A stretch of DNA of 64,000 bases. It comes from a virus. Each line of letters begins with the position of its first letter. Position 1 is the first letter of the stretch. The translations under genes and the position numbers were made by a program. The notes beneath the pieces were generated by a model that worked only from the letters and a program-made list of their open reading frames with translations, made no database searches and was not told the DNA's origin. Where the stretch lies: IMG/VR virus record IMGVR_UViG_3300023179_000035, positions 1-64,000 of that record; one strand, given 5' to 3'. Positions 58,252 through 64,000 of the stretch are shown one piece after another.

Positions 58252-58473
58252 CTAATCACCTTGCTGCTCTTAACTATCTAGGACGCTTCTTAGTTGTAGC
58301 TTCTTCCTACTCTGGTTATTGTTAGATAATTGTGTAGCTGCAGTGGGCAGAAGTAAACGTGTCTCATGGCAGGAATATTCCTAGTGCCCCCAGGGGCGGC
58401 TATTTGCAGTTTGGTAATAAGTTTTACTGGCCGCTGCCCAAGAGTGTAGGTTTGGCGGCAGGAGAGCAACAGC

Positions 58474-59346
58474 ATGTCAGACGACCGCGAGAATCGCAAC
58501 GCAGTGTTCCAGGGACAGGTTTCAGCCCCGCCGGGAGTCCAGCCGGGCATGCCGACGACGACGATGGCCGACAGGGTCAAGGCGGACTTTGGCCTCGACA
58601 TTCCGGTGGAGCTCGTCCCCCTGCCGTCCAGCGGCAGGGTCTACCCGCAGGGGTCAGCCCTGGCCGACAGGGAAGCCTTGGAGATTCGGGCCATGACAGC
58701 CCGCGAGGAGGACATCCTGACCAGTAGGGCCCTCCTGAAGAAGGGCACCGCCATCACTGAGCTCATCCGGTCATGCATCGTCGACAAGAGCGTCAACGTG
58801 TCTGACATGCTGATCGGTGACAGGAACGCCCTGATGGTGGCCGTTAGGATCACGGGGTACGGCCCTGAGTACCCAGTGGAGCTGGAGTGTCCAGACTGCG
58901 ACACTAACACCCAACACACCTTCAACCTGGCCGAGCTCCAGATCCGCAGGCTGGCGATCGACCCCGTGGTCGAGGGCAGCAACGCCTTCGAGTTCGCCCT
59001 GCCCGTCTCCAAGAAGAACGTCCGCTTCAAGTTCCTGACGGGACGGGACGAGGACGACATGATGGCCCTGGCCGAGAAGCAGAAGAAGCATGGGCTCGGC
59101 AACGAGTCAGCCGTCACCACAGCGCTACAGTACGCTATCGTGGCTGTGGACGGCGTGACCGACAGGGCCAAGATCTCTAACTTCATCAAGAGCATGCCGG
59201 CCCGCGACTCTAGGGCCCTTCGCACTTACATCAAAGACAACGAGCCAGGCATCGTGATGCGGCAGGACGTGGCCTGCGACAAGTGCGGCCACTCAGAGGA
59301 GGTCGACATGCCGCTCGGCGTCAACTTTTTTTGGCCTTCGACATGA
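58474..59346 (+). CDS. Tail assembly chaperone/baseplate hub assembly protein (gp26-like)
   Basis: LPSSG..Y, MTAREEDILT, RITGYG..Y...CPDC, LPVS, CDKC...NFFWP; GGAG SD; lies before the tape measure. Confidence 0.8.
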   Translation: MSDDRENRNAVFQGQVSAPPGVQPGMPTTTMADRVKADFGLDIPVELVPLPSSGRVYPQGSALADREALEIRAMTAREEDILTSRALLKKGTAITELIRSCIVDKSVNVSDMLIGDRNALMVAVRITGYGPEYPVELECPDCDTNTQHTFNLAELQIRRLAIDPVVEGSNAFEFALPVSKKNVRFKFLTGRDEDDMMALAEKQKKHGLGNESAVTTALQYAIVAVDGVTDRAKISNFIKSMPARDSRALRTYIKDNEPGIVMRQDVACDKCGHSEEVDMPLGVNFFWPST

Positions 59347-59602
59347 GGACAGGGAGGGGATCATCCTTGAGCCCACTTTCCTGCTGATGTACTACGGTGG
59401 TTTCACCTTCACAGAGGCCTACAACATACCCGTCTCCTACAAGAGGTGGTTCGTAGACCGCCTCGTCCAAGAGCTGACGCGGAAGGGGCCGGACGGCTCC
59501 GATGCCCCGACCCGGGCCGCCCACGCAGACACCCCAGATGTCAGGGCCATGCAGGGGCGGTCTCGGGAGCAGGTACCGTCCCGCCTGAGGCGCTTTACGT
59601 GA
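59327..59602 (+). CDS. Chaperone partner (gp51/GT-like), probably reached by frameshift
   Basis: The +1 frame is open from the T7 run: FFGLRHEDREGIILEPTFLLMYYGGFTFTEAYNIPVSYKRWFVDRL...; alternative ATG at 59387. Confidence 0.6.
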   Translation, partial: FFGLRHEDREGIILEPTFLLMYYGGFTFTEAYNIPVSYKRWFVDRLVQELTRKGPDGSDAPTRAAHADTPDVRAMQGRSREQVPSRLRRFT

Positions 59603-59646
59603 CCCTTTTGCTGCGTCTCCACTACTTAGTCTGACAGGGGTGACGC

Positions 59647-62600
59647 TTGGCTAAAAGAAAAGGCGGCAAGGGCGGCGGTGAGCCGTACGATTTTTCTGCG
59701 CAGGCTACTGCCATGGCGGCCATGGCGGCCAGCATGGAGAACATCAATGAGAAGCTGACTAGCACCATTGAGGGCCAGCTTAAAGTGCTAGAGCAGCTCC
59801 AGAAGACGCTGGCCTCTCTCGCCGAGGCCGGAGAGGGGCCGGTCGCTGACGCCGCCGCTAACACGTCTAAGGCGGCCGAGGGGGCGCAACAGGTCAACGA
59901 GTCCCTAGAGGACATCATAAAAAACATGGACGAAGCCGGCGGGTCCGCCGCCTCCCTCGCGCAGGCTATAGCGAAAGCCTACGGCCGGCCAGAGCCCCAA
60001 AAGTTCAAGACCCTTCAGGGGCAGCTGGCCAAGGGGGCCAAGAAGTTCATCGACCAGTACAAGAACACTTCCAGCGTCCTGCTCTTCTTCCAGGGCCTGT
60101 CCCAGGGCGTCCAGAACGCCATGAACGTCTTGAAGGGCGCCACGTCTATAGCTACCAGCCTGGCCTCCTCGCTCTTCAACATCGGCTTCGCCATCGCCTC
60201 CATACCGTTCCAGATGTTCCAGAAGCTGATGGACTTCGCCGCCAAGGCCACCGGTGGCACCGAGTTCGCCCAGGCCCGAGAGAACGTCCGCAAGTACTTC
60301 GGCGACCTGAGGACTGGGACCTCCGCCATGGTGCTAGACGTCGGCACAAAGATGCAGGGCTTCGCGAAGAACACAGGCCTGAGCCTCTACAGCGTCTTTG
60401 GGGACGCCGCCGAGATGCTCAACTACGTCAACGAGATGGCCCAGGGCATCGGGGCCGCCCTGCCCTCAATGCTCAAGTCCTTTGGCAAGAAACAGCAGGG
60501 CACGCTCTTCGCCTTCGCCAAGGGCCTAGGCCTAGGAGCGGAGGAGATGAGGTCAATCGGCCTCTACGCTCTCGCTTCAGGCAAGGACGCCAAGCATGTC
60601 TTTCAGGACATGACCAAGATGGCCCTGCAGCTGGAGAAGGCCTACGGCGATAACGCTAAGGTCTTGGGCAGGGACGTCGGCAAGGCCATCAAGGACGTTG
60701 GTGTCTTCGGCAACGCCACCGTGGAGACCCTCTTCAAGGGCGCCACTTACGCTCGCGGCCTTGGGGTAGAACTGGACCACATTAAGGGCACGCTAGGCGC
60801 TTTCGGCACCTTCGAGCAGGCCGCTGACAACGTCTCTATGCTGACGCAGGCCTTTGGCGCCAACATTGACACCATGGAGCTGCTGCAGGCGGGTGCCGGC
60901 GGCGACGCCGCTAAGCAGGTAGACATCCTTCGAAAGTCACTGTTCAGTGCCGGCGTCTCTGCCGACACGATGAACAACTACAACCTCAAGCTGTTGGCCT
61001 CTAGCACTGGCCTGTCAGAAGAGGTGGCCCGTACCGTCTTTTCTATGAACAACCAGGGCAGGTCGCTGCAGGACATCCAGAAGCAGGCTGACGCGGCCAA
61101 GAAGAAGGAGGAGGCCTACCAGGAGACACTTCGGCGTCTCGCTCCATCCATCGAGAGGGTGGTGAGGCAGTTCGAGATGGTGGGGTCCTTCTTCGAGATG
61201 TTCTTCAAGGGGATGGCCAGGGCCCTTGTCATGTTCGGCCCCTTTAGGGACGTCGTCTTCGACATCAGGAAGGCCCTGATGCACACCTTCCAGATCGGCT
61301 TCCAGTTCGGCATGAAGTTCTTCGGCATCCTCGAGAACACTTTCGGTCTCTTCACTGCGATGCACAACTTTTTCAAGCAGGGTGGCATAGAGAAGTTCTT
61401 TAATACCTTCTCGGGTATCTTGGAGAGGTTCACTCGGTCACTCGCTACGGGCCAGGGTGACGTGAAAGGGCTGCTCGACGACTTCTCGAGGCTCATCACT
61501 GACTTCTTCAGCGGCAACAATCCAGCATTCGCCGGCATAGCCGCCTCCTTCCAGAAGATCATGGCGGTCGTCGGGGCCACCATAGGCGCCGGCATTAGGG
61601 CGCTATCGCCCATGGTAATCAACGCCCTCGACTTCCTTATCAACCTCATCATCGACCCAAAGAGGGCGGACGCCCAGATAAACCAGGCAACGGGCATTAT
61701 GGGCCCATTCGTCATGCCCATCTACACTGCCCTGCGCGAGAACCTTCCAAAGATAGCGTCCAAGATGGGTGACCTGCTGTGGGAGCTTTTAGGACTCGCT
61801 CGGGCTGAGCTATGGAAGGGCAGAGATTTTATGCTTCTTGGCATGTCATTTGGAACTGCCTTAGCCTCATATGCTCTAATACCGGGTATTATTAAATTTG
61901 GTCTCGGAAGATTGTTTCAAAGTTCGGCTACTAGCGCTATTACACAAGCGATCTATCAGGCGGCAGCGGCTGCAGAGGCAGGTAAGGCTGGAGAATTAGC
62001 TGCCTCGCAGCTAAGTCAAGGTTGGATATCCTATCTTGGAAATCCTGTAAGTACAGCGATGTTTAAAACATCATTTACTTCTTTCTTAGGGGCTGCGGGA
62101 CTTCTTGCAGCGTCCTTCACCGCAGGATGGGCATTAGGTAAAATGATTGCTGATTCTGTCGGCCAAGGGATGAGAGATAATGCAAAACAATCTGCTGACA
62201 GCGCTGATAAATTCACAAAAGATATATTGGCCGAGCAAGATAAGAAGAAAAAAATTGAAATAGCTAAAAAAGAACTTGAAGAACAGCAGGCATTAAGACA
62301 AAAAGCCAAAGAAGACGCAGAGAAGCTTAGTTGGGCTGAAACAGGCATGGTAGCAGGCGTAGGAGCACTAGGATTTGTTGGAGGGTCAATTGTAGCGCCA
62401 GGCGCAGGATCAGTTGCAGGTGCAGTAGGCTTATCAGCTGCCGCCGGGGTGGCTTTTAAAGCAGCAAAAATGAAGGAATTTGATGCGAATGCAGCTGCAT
62501 TTGACCTAAGGATTATGAGTGCTCAATCAATTATTGATGCGTATGAAAATCCAAGCAGTCCTGCCTATAAAGCGCGTGAAAATGCTGAAGCACAGGCAAA

Positions 62601-63825
62601 AAAAGCTCAAGAAGCGGCAGCTGAAAAATCGCAGAGAGACATGGCTCTGTCATCCCTCGGTGCAGTTACGCCAGAAAATGTCCAAGAGAGGATAAAGTCC
62701 TTCAAGGACATGGCTGCAAAATTAACCGTTGACGAGATAAAAGGCATCAACGCTACGATGAAGTCTATCCGCGATGCGATGGACCAGATCGACTGGCGTG
62801 TAATGGGACCTGACGCTGAGAAAAATTTTAAGGACAAGGTCCTGCAGGTCAAGATATTCCAAGACCTCATAACTTCCGTCACTACGTCTATTAATGCAGT
62901 TATTCAGGCCAACCAGACAGTCGCTGGGTTCAAGCCAGCCTGGACGACGTTCAGCAAGGCGATGGGCGACGTCTTCATGACCATAAATTCATACTTTGAT
63001 GCTGGGCAGGGCCCGACCCTTGGCTCCGCATTGACCCTCACTGACTCCACGAAGGCTAGCCTAAAGAGCGCGGCGGATAGCGCCGACGCCGCCGGCCAAT
63101 CTTTCACTAGCATGAAAGGCGGCGTGTCGAGCATGGTGGCGGCTGTAGGCCAGATCACAGCGACAATACCAACAGGAGTCGGCACGGCGCAGGCCATCGC
63201 CCAGTCAGCTGGCTCCCTTTACAATATCTTCAACGCGATATACGCTGGTTACAGCGTCGACTCTCCGATAGGCAGGCTCCTGTCCTCCTCGCCGGTGGCG
63301 ACGTCTTTTACTACCATGGACCAGGCGAAGTCTAGCATCGACGCCGCGACCCAGAAGGTGCAGACTACAATGGGCGCCGCCAAGGAGCTCTTCAAGGCGT
63401 CTAACGAGTTCAACACAGAGCTAGGCAAACTAAAGGGCCAGAACTTCAACGTCAAGGCCTCCCTCGACTCCTTGGGCAACCGCCTCGGCTTCGGAGACCA
63501 GGTGACGCTCCGCAACGACAAGGTGGTCATCAACCTGGAGGTGTCGGTCGACATGAAGGCTGACACCCTGGAGAGGATACTGGTCCTGCGCAAGGACTCT
63601 ATCATTAGGGACAGGCTGGACTGGTCCGTTAGGGCGTTGAAGATTAATTTAGACAACAAGTCAGATGGGACAAGTTATGCAACCAACGCAGCGGTCTCCA
63701 ACCCTGAGACTGCAAAATACGAAACGCAGCAACTGACTTACCCCACCCTGCTTGATGAGTTGCCGCATGACCCAGGCGGACACGTTAAGAGAGCTGTGAC
63801 AGACAGCACGCACCAAGCTAAGTAA
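59647..63825 (+). CDS. Tape measure protein
   Basis: 1392 aa, Ala/Gly-rich and helical with hydrophobic segments; follows the chaperones; TTG start with GGGGTG SD. Confidence 0.85.
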   Translation: MAKRKGGKGGGEPYDFSAQATAMAAMAASMENINEKLTSTIEGQLKVLEQLQKTLASLAEAGEGPVADAAANTSKAAEGAQQVNESLEDIIKNMDEAGGSAASLAQAIAKAYGRPEPQKFKTLQGQLAKGAKKFIDQYKNTSSVLLFFQGLSQGVQNAMNVLKGATSIATSLASSLFNIGFAIASIPFQMFQKLMDFAAKATGGTEFAQARENVRKYFGDLRTGTSAMVLDVGTKMQGFAKNTGLSLYSVFGDAAEMLNYVNEMAQGIGAALPSMLKSFGKKQQGTLFAFAKGLGLGAEEMRSIGLYALASGKDAKHVFQDMTKMALQLEKAYGDNAKVLGRDVGKAIKDVGVFGNATVETLFKGATYARGLGVELDHIKGTLGAFGTFEQAADNVSMLTQAFGANIDTMELLQAGAGGDAAKQVDILRKSLFSAGVSADTMNNYNLKLLASSTGLSEEVARTVFSMNNQGRSLQDIQKQADAAKKKEEAYQETLRRLAPSIERVVRQFEMVGSFFEMFFKGMARALVMFGPFRDVVFDIRKALMHTFQIGFQFGMKFFGILENTFGLFTAMHNFFKQGGIEKFFNTFSGILERFTRSLATGQGDVKGLLDDFSRLITDFFSGNNPAFAGIAASFQKIMAVVGATIGAGIRALSPMVINALDFLINLIIDPKRADAQINQATGIMGPFVMPIYTALRENLPKIASKMGDLLWELLGLARAELWKGRDFMLLGMSFGTALASYALIPGIIKFGLGRLFQSSATSAITQAIYQAAAAAEAGKAGELAASQLSQGWISYLGNPVSTAMFKTSFTSFLGAAGLLAASFTAGWALGKMIADSVGQGMRDNAKQSADSADKFTKDILAEQDKKKKIEIAKKELEEQQALRQKAKEDAEKLSWAETGMVAGVGALGFVGGSIVAPGAGSVAGAVGLSAAAGVAFKAAKMKEFDANAAAFDLRIMSAQSIIDAYENPSSPAYKARENAEAQAKKAQEAAAEKSQRDMALSSLGAVTPENVQERIKSFKDMAAKLTVDEIKGINATMKSIRDAMDQIDWRVMGPDAEKNFKDKVLQVKIFQDLITSVTTSINAVIQANQTVAGFKPAWTTFSKAMGDVFMTINSYFDAGQGPTLGSALTLTDSTKASLKSAADSADAAGQSFTSMKGGVSSMVAAVGQITATIPTGVGTAQAIAQSAGSLYNIFNAIYAGYSVDSPIGRLLSSSPVATSFTTMDQAKSSIDAATQKVQTTMGAAKELFKASNEFNTELGKLKGQNFNVKASLDSLGNRLGFGDQVTLRNDKVVINLEVSVDMKADTLERILVLRKDSIIRDRLDWSVRALKINLDNKSDGTSYATNAAVSNPETAKYETQQLTYPTLLDELPHDPGGHVKRAVTDSTHQAK

Positions 63826-63842
63826 CCCTAGCAGGTCATGAC

Positions 63843-64000
63843 ATGAAATCACAAAAGTTTATAGACATGCTGAGGTCCGACCCCAGCTATGCGGCCGCCC
63901 TGGCGGCCGCCCCAGACGAAGAGACCCGTCGCAAGGTGGCCGCCGCCGCTGAGTCACTAGCCCTAAAACTAGGAGAGGTCCTCGACCCGTTCATGGAGAC
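63843..64000 (+). CDS. Hypothetical protein, 3'-truncated
   Basis: MKSQKFIDMLRSDPSYAAAL... open to the window end. Confidence 0.5.
   Translation, partial: MKSQKFIDMLRSDPSYAAALAAAPDEETRRKVAAAAESLALKLGEVLDPFME

Noticed and set aside
40601-63825. Interpretation as a bacterial contractile injection system or tailocin
   Set aside because: Capsid, portal, terminase, protease and replication genes are present, so this is a phage.
1-64000. Numerous antisense and alternative-frame ORFs in the track (for example 12944-13864, 26861-27625, 27006-27905, 46098-47225)
   Set aside because: They are shadows of GC3-biased genuine genes, lack motifs and overlap well-supported CDSs.
1-64000. CRISPR array, tRNA genes, or diversity-generating retroelement
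   Set aside because: I saw no regularly spaced repeats, canonical tRNA cloverleaf, reverse transcriptase or adenine-specific repeat pair. The fibre repeats differ at synonymous positions of all bases. This was a scan by eye only.
1-64000. Stop-codon reassignment
   Set aside because: Core genes are full length in the standard code, and TAA, TAG and TGA all terminate genes.

Overview
This window is the morphogenesis region of a large, GC-rich contractile-tailed phage, probably a jumbo myovirus with T4-like gene order, read in the standard genetic code. In order it holds: baseplate or tail-collar genes; a DNA-metabolism block (gp4/TnsA-like nuclease, RuvC-like resolvase, primase, fused SbcD-SbcC); terminase; an intein-containing portal; prohead protease; scaffold; major capsid protein; fibre/spike-like proteins; a Cys-rich lipoprotein next to a papain-family protease; a one-piece tmRNA; neck proteins; two tandem tail sheaths; a nitrilase; tail tube; a needle-type fibre; an inverted LamG cassette; a tail chaperone pair; and the tape measure. 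Most unusual observations: (1) three free-standing Hef-like nuclease genes plus one remnant, whose C-terminal domain looks like a Mu Mom-type DNA-modifying GNAT, each beside an AT-recoded end of an essential virion gene; (2) a recurring N-terminal 'MK(L/I)TxxxLRxI(I/V)xEE' leader on unrelated small proteins and, out of frame, on the nitrilase, possibly a capsid-loading tag; (3) an unpermuted tmRNA with alphaproteobacterial-type features; (4) a candidate +1 frameshift in the tail chaperone; (5) two promoter classes, ATAnTTA and leaderless sigma70-like. All family assignments come from motif recognition by eye; no database searches were run.
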